Counted from the stretch's first letter, positions 21,122-32,591 are shown. The stretch: 64,000 nucleotides of DNA from Eledone cirrhosa (GCA_964016885.1 OZ024756.1:186001-250000), one strand, 5' to 3'. Translations and numbers: made by a program. The notes: generated from the letters alone by a model not told the origin.

Positions 21122-21486
21122 TATATATATATATATATGAATATATATATATATATATATATATATGAATATATATATATATATATATATATATTTTAAA
21201 TGGAAGTTGCATTATTTTAAGGTATGTCAAATTTATTTATAAAACGGCTTATATAATGTATTTTGTCTGAGGAAAGCATACCATATTTTTAATATGATAT
21301 CCCTGAAATATATATAGTGAAATAAATATGGTTTTATAAATATAGTTTCCATTTGTTTAATATCGTAAACCTACTCCAAAACCTGTTGAGTGCTTTTATA
21401 TCAGTTATAAAATATTTACTCGTTGTAACCCAACAATTTTAAATAAAACTTTTGCATATATATATATATATATATGAATATATATA

Positions 21487-22866
21487 TCATCATCATCATC
21501 ATCATCAGGTTTAGCGTCCGTGTTCCACGCTTGCATGGGTTTGGACGGGGGTTTTCCCACTTGAGGCAAGAGTGGTTGTCTTGCTCGCATAGGACTGTCT
21601 GGCGGGTTTTCTACAGTTGGATTCCCTTCCTAACACCAACCACATTTACAGTGTGGGGCTGGGAGGTTTTTACCGTGTTGCCTACACGGCCACATTACAG
21701 CGTGGACTGTCTGGCGGGTTTTCTACAGCTGGATGCCCTTCCTAACACCAACCACATTTACAGTGTGGGGCTGGGAGGTTTTTACCGTGTTACCTACACG
21801 GCCACATTTACAGCGTGGACTGTGTGTTTTTTTGTCGTGACACTTACACGATCTCATTTGTTTCGGCCTGGATGTTGTGGAACCAACATAACTTTACATT
21901 GAAAGGGGCGGTGTGGATGGGGTGGAAGTGGTGGGACGGGGGTGTGTTTTGATAGAGATGCCTACTGACTGTAGTAGGTTTTTACTTTGTATTTAGGTAA
22001 GGCGGGTCTTCTCTATTACTGAGTACCGCCAAAGGTCTCGGTCCAGTGACATTCTCTTGGAGAGGTGTAAGCGTGTGAGGTCGGAATTTATCAGCTCGTC
22101 CCATGTTTTTTGGGGTCTGCCTACTCCGTGGCTACCGTCTATCTTTATTGCCCTGCACTTTGTTATACAGCTGTCGTCTTTCATGCGCATCACGTGACCG
22201 TACCAACGTAGCCTTCTCTCGAGTAAACAACATCTGATCCCTCTTATTTCTAATTTTTTCCTTAGTTCGTTTATGCTTTGCCGTTCACGTATATTACTAT
22301 TGCACATCCAGCGGAGCATGCAAGCTTCGTTCCTCTCTAGTCTGCGTATATCCTCTGCACACAATGCCCAGGTCTCACTGCCATGCAGCATTGCTGTTCG
22401 TATGCAGGCATCGTATAACCTGCCTTTCATTTTTAGGGAGAACCCTCTAGCGGCTAATAGTGGTATATGCTCTCTGAACTTTTTCCATCCAGTTCTGACT
22501 CTAGCTACTGTACTTTCAGAGCACCCTCCCCCACTGCTGATTTTGTCACCCAGGTAACGGAAGCTGTCCACTATTTCTATAGAACCCTCTGCGCAGTTGA
22601 AGGAGCTAGTATTTAGTGAGCACTTGCTGCTACTTATTGCACCAGAGCACCGGCCACATGTAAAATCTATGTCCTTAGTTAGCTTACCTGTGATCCCACT
22701 ACATCTTTTATGCACCCATACTTTGCATTTGGGACATAAAATGGAGTTTCTACCTACGCCTTTCCTACACACTGAACATGGCCATTTCCCAGATGGGACC
22801 GCCGCCTTATTTTCTTTCCTACAAACTAGAACTTTAGTCTTAGCCAGGTTAATTTTAAGGCCTTTT
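21487..22866 (-). mobile_element. RTE LINE family A, 5'-truncated copy with tandem duplication (~110 bp) in the 3'UTR
   Basis: ORF 21993-22772 matches the C-terminus of the full-length ORF; GGACTGTCTGGCGGGTTTTCTACAG occurs at 21592 and 21704. Confidence 0.95.
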
Positions 22867-22926
22867 TATATATATTTTAAGGCCTTTTTATATATATTCA
22901 TATATATATAAATATATATATATATG

Positions 22927-22958
<32 letters not shown>

Positions 22959-23088
22959 AATATATATATATATGAATATATATATATATATATGAATATA
23001 TATATATATATATGAATATATATATATATATATGAATATATATATATATATATGAATATATATATATATATATGAATATATATATATA

Positions 23089-24261
23089 TTTTTTTTGTTA
23101 TCTATTTAAGGTTTAAATACGGTGTTTTTGTCGTATTGAACAGAACAAATCTTGCAGTTTTGCTTTTTGTTAAATCGCTTGTTAAACATTCATAACCTTC
23201 TATCTTAATTCTATCGTATTCGTCCAATTCCTTAATTCTATCGTATTCTCAAACAAAAAAAAAAAAAAAAAATCCTCCCCATTCTACTTATAAATTACTT
23301 TAAATATATATAGTATGCTACTTGAAAGTCAAAAAGCCGATCCACCCCTTCACCCTCCTGCTTCTCCACGAGGGGGCTGCGGCCAGCCACTATCTCCCCC
23401 CCCCCTCTCTTTCTTCCCCTCTATCTCTCGCTTAGCTACACACACACACACACACATATATATATAAGATAAGTTCTCCTTCATGTTTATCCACTTTGCT
23501 TCAATTATTTCTATGATGGACTCATGTAAATCGTAAAGTACAATCCTTCTCTCCATTTCCACGCTCAATTCCGTACACAGTCCAAACAAACATCCAATCT
23601 CGCAAAATCCGAAATCTGTATTTTTTTGTTATCTATTTAAGGTTTAAATACGGTGTTTTTGTCGTATTGAACAGAACAAATCTTGCAGTTTTGCTTTTTG
23701 TTAAATCGCTTGTTAAACATTCATAACCTTCTATCTTAATTCTATCGTATTCGTCCAATTCCTTAATTCTATCGTATTCTCAAACAAAAAAAAAAAAAAA
23801 AAATCCTCCCCATTCTACTTATAAATTACTTTAAATATATATAGTATGCTACTTGAAAGTCAAAAAGCCGATCCACCCCTTCACCCTCCTGCTTCTCCAC
23901 GAGGGGGCTGCGGTCAGCCACTATCTCCCCCCCCCTCTCTTTCTTCCCCTCTATCTCTCGCTTAGCTACACACACACACACACACATATATATATAAGAT
24001 AAGTTCTCCTTCATGTTTATCCACTTTGCTTCAATTATTTCTATGATGGACTCATGTAAATCGTAAAGTACAATCCTTCTCTCCATTTCCACGCTCAATT
24101 CCGTACACAGTCCAAACAAACATCCAATCTCGCAAAATCCGAAATCTGTATTTTTTTGTTATCTATTTAAGGTTTAAATACGGTGTTTTTGTCGTATTGA
24201 ACAGAACAAATCTTGCAGTTTTGCTTTTTGTTAAATCGCTTGTTAAACATTCATAACCTTC
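23089..24261 (+). repeat. Tandem ~530 bp monomers (about 2.2 copies) at the 5' end of the LINE; putative promoter
   Basis: TTGTTATCTATTTAAGG at 23095, 23626 and 24156; a homologous array precedes the second element at 62669-63570. Confidence 0.85.
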
Positions 24262-24481
24262 CAGCTAGCTACCCCACACCCCCCCACACGCCACCATACT
24301 TAATACGTGGACCAATCATAAGCCAGAGCCCCCCCCCCGCATCACCACCATTATTATAAGCCAGAGCCACCCACCCCCACCCCCACGCATCACCATTATT
24401 ATTATTACGCGGACCAAATCATAAGCCAGAGGCCTATACTATCGCTTGCCCGGTTGCCTTCGATATACGATGGATGGATAG

Positions 24482-27400
24482 ATGGATGGATGGATGGACG
24501 GACGGACTGCGGAATCCTTGGAGAGTGGAAGGGAGAGAAAAATCTGGACGCCCAGAGCGAAAATGCCAAAGTTAAAGTCAAATTCACCTCGTGGACGAGA
24601 ATGCGAGCACTCCTCTTTGTTTCGTCCGCGGATGGCTAACATAACCCTATCTCCTCCCGCCCCCCACCACCCCCACCCTCCAAACGCAACCCAAAACTTC
24701 AGAGTTGGTACCATAAATGTAGGCACCCTAAAGGGTCGCGCTAACGAGGTTGTAGAAATGCTTGAACGTAAGGAGGTCGATGTTTGTTGTATTCAAGAGA
24801 CCAGGTGGAGGGGTGGGTCTGCTAGATTCATTGAGGGTAAAAAACGATGTTATAAGCTTTTCTGGGTGGGAAACGACGATGGGCTGGGTGGAGTAGGAAT
24901 CATGGTAGCAGAAAAGTGGGCAGATAAGATAATAGACGTAAATAGAGTGAACGACAGAATAATTAAAATAAGACTTGTCCTCAATAGAACTACGGTGACA
25001 GTAATATCTGCGTACGCACCCCAATCCGGACTGCCCGGCACTATAAAAGACAGATTCTATGAGACACTGTTGCTAACTACCTCCCAAATATCTGACAGTG
25101 ACTATATAATTATTGCAGGCGACCTAAATGGTCACGTTGGACAACATTGTGACGGCTATGACGAAATCCATGGAGGCTATGGGTTTGGTACTAGAAATGA
25201 GGAAGGCTCCAGAATTCTGGAATACTGTGATGCAAATAACCTAACTATCTGTAACACTAACTTCAAAAAACGTGACAATCACCTGATTACCTATAGATCC
25301 GGGGAACACACAAGCCAGGTAGATTATATCCTTACCAGAAGACGTGACAGAGTGTCTGTTGTAAACACTAAATCCCTCCCCCATGAAGAATGCACCTCCC
25401 AACATAGACTGATAATTAGCGACCTCATAGTCAGGACGAGACGCACCCGACAGCAGAAGAGGACTATCCTCAGGAGGAAAATATGGAAACTAAAAGACCC
25501 CACAGCCAGAAATAAATTTCAAAGCATATTACTTGATGCTTTCGACAGTAAGGAAGAGCATCTAGAATCGGACAATATAGAGGGACAGTGGAAATTTCTG
25601 AAAGCTAACCTGCTGTTGGCGACAGACGAAGTCTGTGGCTGGAGCAGGCCTGTAGGCAGGAGGAGAGTAACATGGTGGTGGAACAGTAAGGTGGAGGGGT
25701 CAATTAAGGCCAAAAAGCAGGCTTGGAAAGTATGGCGGGATGGGGGAAGTAGAGTAGACTATCAAGTGGCCAGGAGGGAAGCTAGGAGAGAAGTGTACTT
25801 AGCAAGAAGGGAAGCTGAGGAAAGAAAGTTCAAGCATGTTCTACAACGCGATGACCAAAAACGTGAGGTGTTCAGGATTGCCAGGCAATGCGTCAAGGAA
25901 AACCGTGATATTGTCGGGGAGAAGTGTGTACTTAACGATGATGGCATACTTGCCATCACCGACACTGATAAGAAGGTAGCTTGGAAGTGTCACTATGAAA
26001 GGCTACTAAATGAGGAGAATAAATGGGAGAAAGACAGTCTCCCCCATATCGACCCGATAGAGGGACCAGCAGTGTTAGTCGAGGGGAGTATAATAAGTAA
26101 GGCAATCAAGGATATGAAGACTGGTAAGGCGGCTGGGCCTTCGGAAATAGTTGCTGAGATGCTGAAGGCATCTGGCACGGTGGGACACACCATGGTCACC
26201 CGCATAGTTAACCAAGTCGTACAGAATGGGGTTGTTCCGAAGGACTGGCATAGCAGCATCATCGTTAACTGTTATAAGGGTAAAGGAGACGCCCTAGATA
26301 GGAGTAACTATAGAGGCATTAAATTAATCGACCAGGTCATGAAGGTCACGGAAAAAGTAATAGCGCAACTAATCAGAGAGAGAATTGATCTAGATGAAAT
26401 GCAGTTCGGGTTTGTGTCAGGCAAAAGCACCACAGACGCTCTTTTCATAGTACGACAACTACAGGAGAAGTACCTAGCTAAAGGTAAACCCCTCTACTTA
26501 GCTTTTGTCGACCTGGAGAAAGCCTTCGACAGAGTCCCCCGCTCCATTATCTGGTGGGCTCTTAGAAAACTAGGCGTTGACGAATGGCTTGTGAGGGCTA
26601 TACAAGCCATGTATAAAGAAACAGTCAGCAAGGTTAGAATTAACAACGAATATAGTGAAGAGTTTAGCGTAAAAGTTGGCGTCCATCAGGGCTCTGTTCT
26701 CAGCCCCCTACTATTTATTATTGCCCTTCAGGCTATAACAGAGGAGTTCAAGACAGGCTGCCCATGGGAACTCCTATACGCAGACGACCTGACACTCATA
26801 GCGGAATCAATGGCCGAGCTAGAGAAGAAATTCCAAACATGGAAGCACGGCCTAGAGTCAAAAGGACTTAAAATTAACCTGGCTAAGACCAAAGTTCTAG
26901 TTTGTAGGAAAGAAAACAAGGCGGCGGTCCCTTCTGGGAAATGGTCGTGCTCGGTATGTAGGAAAGGCGTAGGTAGAAACTCCATCTTATGTCCTAAATG
27001 CAAAGTATGGGTGCATAAAAGATGTAGTGGGATCACAGGTAAGCTAACTAAGAACATAGACTTTACATGTGGCCGGTGTTCTGGTGCAATAAGTAGCAGC
27101 AAGTGCCCACAAAATACTAGCTCTTTCAATTGCGCAGAGGGTTTTATAGAAATAGTGGACAGCTTCCGTTACCTGGGCGATAAAATCAGCAGTGGGGGAG
27201 GGTGCTCTGAAAGTACTGTAGCTAGAGTCAGAACTGGTTGGAAAAAGTTCAGAGAGCTTATACCACTATTAGCTGCTAAAGGGTTCTCCCTAAAAATGAA
27301 AGGCAGGTTGTACGATGCCTGCATACGAACAGCAATGTTGCATGGTAGTGAGACCTGGGCATTGTGTGCAGAGGATATACGCAGACTAGAGAGGAACGAA

Positions 27401-27745
27401 GCTTGCATGCTCCGCTGGATGTGTAACAGTAATATACGTGAACGGCAAAGCATAAACGAACTAAGGAAAAAATTAGAGATAAGAGGGATCAGATGTTGTT
27501 TACTCGAGAGAAGGCTGCGTTGGTATGGACACGTGATGCGCATGAAAGTCGATAGCTGTATTACAAAGTGCAGGGCAATAAAGATAGACGGTAGCCACGG
27601 AATAGGCAGACCTAGAAAAACATGGGATGAGCTGATAAACTCCGACCTCACACACTTACACCTCTCCAAGACAATGTCACTGGACCGTGACCTTTGGCGG
27701 TACTCAGTAACAGAGAAGACCCGCCTTGCCAGTAGGCATCTCTAA
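24482..27745 (+). CDS. RTE retrotransposon polyprotein: APE endonuclease, reverse transcriptase and C4HC3 PHD-like finger
   Basis: Uninterrupted 1087 aa. APE motifs NVGTL, CIQETR, SAYAP, GDLNGH, DYIL, SQH; RT motifs [39 protein letters not shown]; RTE C-terminus [15 protein letters not shown]. The true start may be a downstream ATG (24563 or 24632). Confidence 0.96.
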   Translation: MDGWMDGRTAESLESGRERKIWTPRAKMPKLKSNSPRGRECEHSSLFRPRMANITLSPPAPHHPHPPNATQNFRVGTINVGTLKGRANEVVEMLERKEVDVCCIQETRWRGGSARFIEGKKRCYKLFWVGNDDGLGGVGIMVAEKWADKIIDVNRVNDRIIKIRLVLNRTTVTVISAYAPQSGLPGTIKDRFYETLLLTTSQISDSDYIIIAGDLNGHVGQHCDGYDEIHGGYGFGTRNEEGSRILEYCDANNLTICNTNFKKRDNHLITYRSGEHTSQVDYILTRRRDRVSVVNTKSLPHEECTSQHRLIISDLIVRTRRTRQQKRTILRRKIWKLKDPTARNKFQSILLDAFDSKEEHLESDNIEGQWKFLKANLLLATDEVCGWSRPVGRRRVTWWWNSKVEGSIKAKKQAWKVWRDGGSRVDYQVARREARREVYLARREAEERKFKHVLQRDDQKREVFRIARQCVKENRDIVGEKCVLNDDGILAITDTDKKVAWKCHYERLLNEENKWEKDSLPHIDPIEGPAVLVEGSIISKAIKDMKTGKAAGPSEIVAEMLKASGTVGHTMVTRIVNQVVQNGVVPKDWHSSIIVNCYKGKGDALDRSNYRGIKLIDQVMKVTEKVIAQLIRERIDLDEMQFGFVSGKSTTDALFIVRQLQEKYLAKGKPLYLAFVDLEKAFDRVPRSIIWWALRKLGVDEWLVRAIQAMYKETVSKVRINNEYSEEFSVKVGVHQGSVLSPLLFIIALQAITEEFKTGCPWELLYADDLTLIAESMAELEKKFQTWKHGLESKGLKINLAKTKVLVCRKENKAAVPSGKWSCSVCRKGVGRNSILCPKCKVWVHKRCSGITGKLTKNIDFTCGRCSGAISSSKCPQNTSSFNCAEGFIEIVDSFRYLGDKISSGGGCSESTVARVRTGWKKFRELIPLLAAKGFSLKMKGRLYDACIRTAMLHGSETWALCAEDIRRLERNEACMLRWMCNSNIRERQSINELRKKLEIRGIRCCLLERRLRWYGHVMRMKVDSCITKCRAIKIDGSHGIGRPRKTWDELINSDLTHLHLSKTMSLDRDLWRYSVTEKTRLASRHL

Positions 27746-28099
27746 CAAAATACACCCCTCCCGCCGCCACCCCCACCCCATCCACACCACCCCGTTCTAT
27801 GTAAAGTTATGTTGGTGCCGCGCCATCCAGGCCGAAACAAATGAGATCGTGTAGGTGTCACGACAAAAAAACACACAGTCCACGCTGTAATGTGGCCGTG
27901 TAGGCAACACGGTAAAAACCTCCCAGACCCACACTGTAAATGTGGTTGGTGTTAGGAAGGGCATCCAACTGTAGAAAACCTGCCAGACAGTCCTATGCGA
28001 GCAAGACAATCACTCTTGCCTCAAGTGGGACTACCCCCGTCCAAACCCATGCAAGCGTGGAACACGGACGTTAAACGTTGATGATGATGATGATGATGA

Positions 28100-28267
28100 T
28101 ATGAATATATATATATATGAATATATATATATATATGAATATATATATATATGAATATATATATATATGAATATATATATATATATGAATATATATATAT
28201 ATGAATATATATATATATGAATATATATATATATATGAATATATATATATATATATAAATATATATG

Positions 28268-28325
<58 letters not shown>

Positions 28326-28349
28326 AATATATATGAATATATATATATA

Positions 28350-28385
<36 letters not shown>

Positions 28386-28409
28386 AATATATATGAATAT
28401 ATATATATA

Positions 28410-28443
<34 letters not shown>

Positions 28444-28453
28444 AATATATATG

Positions 28454-28533
<80 letters not shown>

Positions 28534-28540
28534 ATGAAAT
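28100..28540. repeat. (TA)n array with GAAT/AAAT interruptions
   Basis: Seen directly. Confidence 0.95.
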
Positions 28541-28582
28541 ATATGAAATATAAGAATCAAAGAACTGTTCAAAACATTATTG

Positions 28583-28629
28583 TGCTTACAGCTGTTTCCT
28601 CCAAACCGAGGTTTGGATTCCTCGGAGCA
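28583..28629 (-). ncRNA. Minimal type I hammerhead motif, family H2 (left arm)
   Basis: Exact reverse complement of 30695-30741. Confidence 0.7.
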
Positions 28630-30694
28630 ATTTATTAATGCATGGACAGTTATATGACCTCCTTTTCAGCCGAGAGACATACCAATACATATTCAAACAT
28701 TGATACATATTCAAACATTGTGGGTCAACATTCATTACAAAATTTAGAGTGGCAGTACACACTTCGAGATTACATTTATATTAATAGGTACAATCAAAAA
28801 TCAAAGATATAGGTTAAAGTACAACATGAAGATAAGTGGTTATATAGTGCAAATGTTATATGTGTGGCACGCATGTGCGTCTTGTTTATATAGTGTGGCA
28901 GAGAGATATGTGTGGTAGAGGCACTTAGGTAGGTAAATAAGAGTGTTAGGTTGGTAGATCTGGTGGCAAAGTCTTTATATGATTGATGTAGTCTGTGTGT
29001 GGAGAAATATTATAAGCATTAAAGATAGTGCAAGCATTAAAAGTGTTATAAGTATTGGAGATGCACAACGCAGGGATGTCAAGTAATTCATGTACTTCGG
29101 CATTTTCATGGTCAAGGGAGTGTATATTTCGATTATATGCCTTTCACATAATCCACGACAATCCAGTTAGAGATCGTAGTCTGGTGTTCTTTAGTTCGAT
29201 ACAGGAGGTTGTTACGTTTCGAGAGACGCCATTGAATACCGGAAGTGTGTGTGTGGCTAAGGGGAGTTAATGCATGCGGGGAGGTAACGCTGGGGTTTCT
29301 ATATCTAGCCATTAAATACCCAACACTAGCTGATCCATTATAACACAAACAACGACATCCCTCTGGAACCCTTCGCAGGGAAAATACCCATTTATACCTC
29401 TACGGCAGGTGTGACAACATCCACCCACCTGGACGGCACTACACCGCTCTAAGGGTAATTTGAGCATGAATTGATCGGTTGGATGGTGTTGGGCAGAGGA
29501 AACACCTTCCTTAGACAGATGTAAAATGATTTAATCGAGTAGCGCTGTTGACCAGTAGGACCGGGCTGCTGAGCGCAGTGAGTGAATGCAATGCAACTGC
29601 CGTGCGGGTTGTACGTATATGGACGATCTGACGGTCAGAGAGGGGTCGCGAGGACTGCAGATTGACCTTTGGCCTGCCTGGGGACGATTATCTTTCGACA
29701 TCCAATGTAGCAAGCGATGACCCAGATCTTACCAGAGATCATTGGGTCCTGAAGCAATCCTGCAATCACCGCGCCTGGTCATATGAGCAGACTACAACCA
29801 CAGAGATCATTAATTTAGAATCCTCGCTCATCATCTATAATTTCCATTTGTAGCACCTTAAGATGGGTTAATCCACCTTAATAATAATATGATCACCTTC
29901 AGCATAATTTAGTTAAACTACTCTATAGTTAGTACACTTTATGCTTTAAAAGTCTCTCTTGGAAGGTGCACCTCACCATAGAATTTAGGGTCCATATTGG
30001 GACACATTTTAATGGCTAGATATAGAAACCCCAGAGTTACCTCCCCGCATGCATTAACTCCCCTTAGCCACACACACACTTCCGGTATTCAATGGCGTCT
30101 CTCGAAACGTAACAACCTCCTGTATCGAACTAAAGAACACCAGACTACGATCTCTAACTGGATTGTCGTGGATTATGTGAAAGGCATATAATCGAAATAT
30201 ACACTCCCTTGACCATGAAAATGCCGAAGTACATGAATTACTTGACATCCCTGCGTTGTGCATCTCCAATACTTATAACACTTTTAATGCTTGCACTATC
30301 TTTAATGCTTATAATATTTCTCCACACACAGACTACATCAATCATATAAAGACTTTGCCACCAGATCTACCAACCTAACACTCTTATTTACCTACCTAAG
30401 TGCCTCTACCACACATATCTCTCTGCCACACTATATAAACAAGACGCACATGCGTGCCACACATATAACATTTGCACTATATAACCACTTATCTTCATGT
30501 TGTACTTTAACCTATATCTTTGATTTTTGATTGTACCTATTAATATAAATGTAATCTCGAAGTGTGTACTGCCACTCTAAATTTTGTAATGAATGTTGAC
30601 CCACAATGTTTGAATATGTATCAATGTTTGAATATGTATTGGTATGTCTCTCGGCTGAAAAGGAGGTCATATAACTGTCCATGCATTAATAAAT

Positions 30695-30741
30695 TGCTCC
30701 GAGGAATCCAAACCTCGGTTTGGAGGAAACAGCTGTAAGCA
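30695..30741 (+). ncRNA. Minimal type I hammerhead motif, family H2 (right arm)
   Basis: Stem I TGCT/AGCA; variant core CCGAGGA; stem II TCCAAACC/GGTTTGGA; GAAA; palindromic stem III ACAGCTGT; GUA triplet. Confidence 0.7.
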
Positions 30742-30979
30742 CAATAATGTTTTGAACAGTTCTTTGATTCTTATATTTCATATAACTGCTCTGTAAATCA
30801 TCTGATGTTTTTACATTGAGCTACTTAACTTACTGGTAATAAGGTAGTAATACATTACTGCCTACCACTATTTAGGGTGTGTGTAAAATACTTACAACTG
30901 CTTAAGGTTTTGTGTTTACATAACCATAAATAGTATAACTAATACTATATATATATATATGAATATATATATATATATA

Positions 30980-31934
30980 TAATGAAAAATTGAACAGGGA
31001 CAGAACAGAGAGGCAGTACGATAAATGTTTATTAAATTCACGCTCAGGAGAGTGGGGGGTAGGTGGAGGACGACGTTTCGGGCATAAGCCCTTCTTCAGG
31101 TGAGAGTTCAAAAGGTGTGTAGGGGAGTGGTGGAGAGACATATAGCGAAAGGAAACGGTGCGAATGAAAAATTAACAAATAAAGACAAAAATATAATAAA
31201 TAATAAATAAAAATAAAGCATGATCAAAATACAAGGAATGAGAAAATTTAAAAATAAAGGCATGATCAAAATAAACTGAAATTAAAAGGGGGGTAAACAG
31301 GTGGTGGAAGGGTGTGCGGTGAGTAGGGGTGGTGGTGGGTGGAGTGGGGAGAGGGAGACGGGGTGTCGGAGCGGGGAGGGCTGAAGGTGGTGTGTGTGGT
31401 TAGGTGTGCGTGTGTGTGTGTGTGTGTGTATGTGAAAGTGAGGGTTGGGGGAAGAACGGGGTTGCATGTTCAGGAAGGTGTGTGTGGGGGGTGTTTTTGT
31501 GGGTCGGAGGGTCTGTGCGTGTGTGGATAGGAGGGTGGGGGGAGAGGAATCAGGGGGCTGAAGGAGTAAATATGTGGTGGGAAGCACGTGTGTGTGGTTT
31601 AAGCGTGTTGTGGGTGTGGGTGGCGTGTGGATAAAAAAAATTGTTTTGGGATGTGTGTGTGGGTGAGTTATATAGGTGATGGTGTAAGAGGATGGTTGAA
31701 AGTGGTAAGTTACACGGATGTATGGAGATTTTGGTTGGAAGTCAAAACGCGTGTGGGTAATCCAAGAAGCGGTGGTCGGAAGAGGAGAGATGTGGGGTGC
31801 GCGCGCAACAGGAAGTGGTCAGCAGTGGAAGTGCTGTGGTCAGTTGGTGCTGAGACAGTGGCCGGAAGGGCATAGCAGCAGTCGGCGGAATGGTAGGGAG
31901 GCGAGGATGGGTAGGTGTGAGAGTTGGAGTGAGG

Positions 31935-31989
<55 letters not shown>

Positions 31990-32553
31990 TAGTAGGGGTG
32001 TTAGTGGGATGAGTGAGTGTTGAGTGGGGAGAGAAGGGTGTGTGTGGTTCTATGGAGGGAGTGTGGTGTACTGGTGTGTGTGTAGTTTGGTGAGGTGTTA
32101 GTGGGTGTTAGTAGACGGGAGGTGGGGAGGGGTGGAATGCAGGTGTGAGTGGGGGTAGGGTGTGTAGAGTTGGTGGTGTACGAGGGTGTGTGGGTACGTG
32201 TGCGTGGGGTTGGAGGGTGTTAGTGATGTTAGTTGTGTGTGGGGTGGGTGGTGTAAGTGTGTGCGTGTGATAAGGAGGGGGAGGAGAAGAGGGGAGGGAA
32301 GGGATGTTAGTATGTTAGTTGGGGAAGGGTGGTCAGATGAGGGGTGGAGTGGAGGTGTTAGTATTGTTAGTGTGGGGTGGGCGGTGAAAAGGAGGGGTGT
32401 GTTAGTGGTGTTAGTGGGGGATAAGTGGGGGGAGGGGGGCGGTCGAACGCTAAAGGAATAAGGGTGGGGAGTTCAGGCCGGGGGGAGTGTGGGTCTGTAA
32501 GGCACTGGAGTAGGCCACAGACTGTGAGATGGCGTGCGGAGTGTCCAGGGCCA
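30980..32553 (-). mobile_element. Penelope-like element 3' remnant: end of GIY-YIG domain, long CA/CCA-rich tail and hammerhead
   Basis: Minus strand 32553-32460 translates to GPGHSARHLTVCGL and, after a frameshift, LQTHTPPGLN, typical of PLE GIY-YIG C-termini. Hammerhead on the same strand at 31070-31101. Confidence 0.65.
31070..31101 (-). ncRNA. Minimal hammerhead motif, family H3
   Basis: AC-CTGAAGA-A-GGGC-TTAT-GCCC-GAAAC-GTC-GT; palindromic stem III ACGT; stem I only 2 bp. Confidence 0.55.
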
Positions 32554-32591
32554 TATATAAATATATAAATATATATATAAATATATATATA

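Larger units (their letters stand above)
23089..28099 (+). mobile_element. Apparently full-length RTE-clade LINE (family A)
   Basis: Tandem 5' monomers, (GGAT)n in the 5'UTR, single APE-RT ORF, ~330 bp 3'UTR and (GAT)n tail, flanked by (TA)n on both sides. Confidence 0.93.
28541..30783. mobile_element. Penelope-like element remnant with ~776 bp inverted terminal arms (28541-29316 / 30008-30783) and a 690 bp spacer
   Basis: Arms near-identical (the ORF track gives the same peptides on opposite strands) and each carries a hammerhead motif. The spacer has a decayed Cys-rich stretch on the minus strand. PLE assignment is inferred from architecture. Confidence 0.7.

Noticed and set aside
21268-21325. 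CTGAGGA...GAAATATATA hammerhead-like string
   Set aside because: No convincing stem I and a poor stem II; at best a decayed copy.
23340-24645. HDV-like ribozyme in the RTE 5' region (TCCACG at 23365; CCTCGT..GGATGGCTAA at 24587-24639)
   Set aside because: Could not build P1, P2 and P4 pairings by eye; needs a descriptor search.
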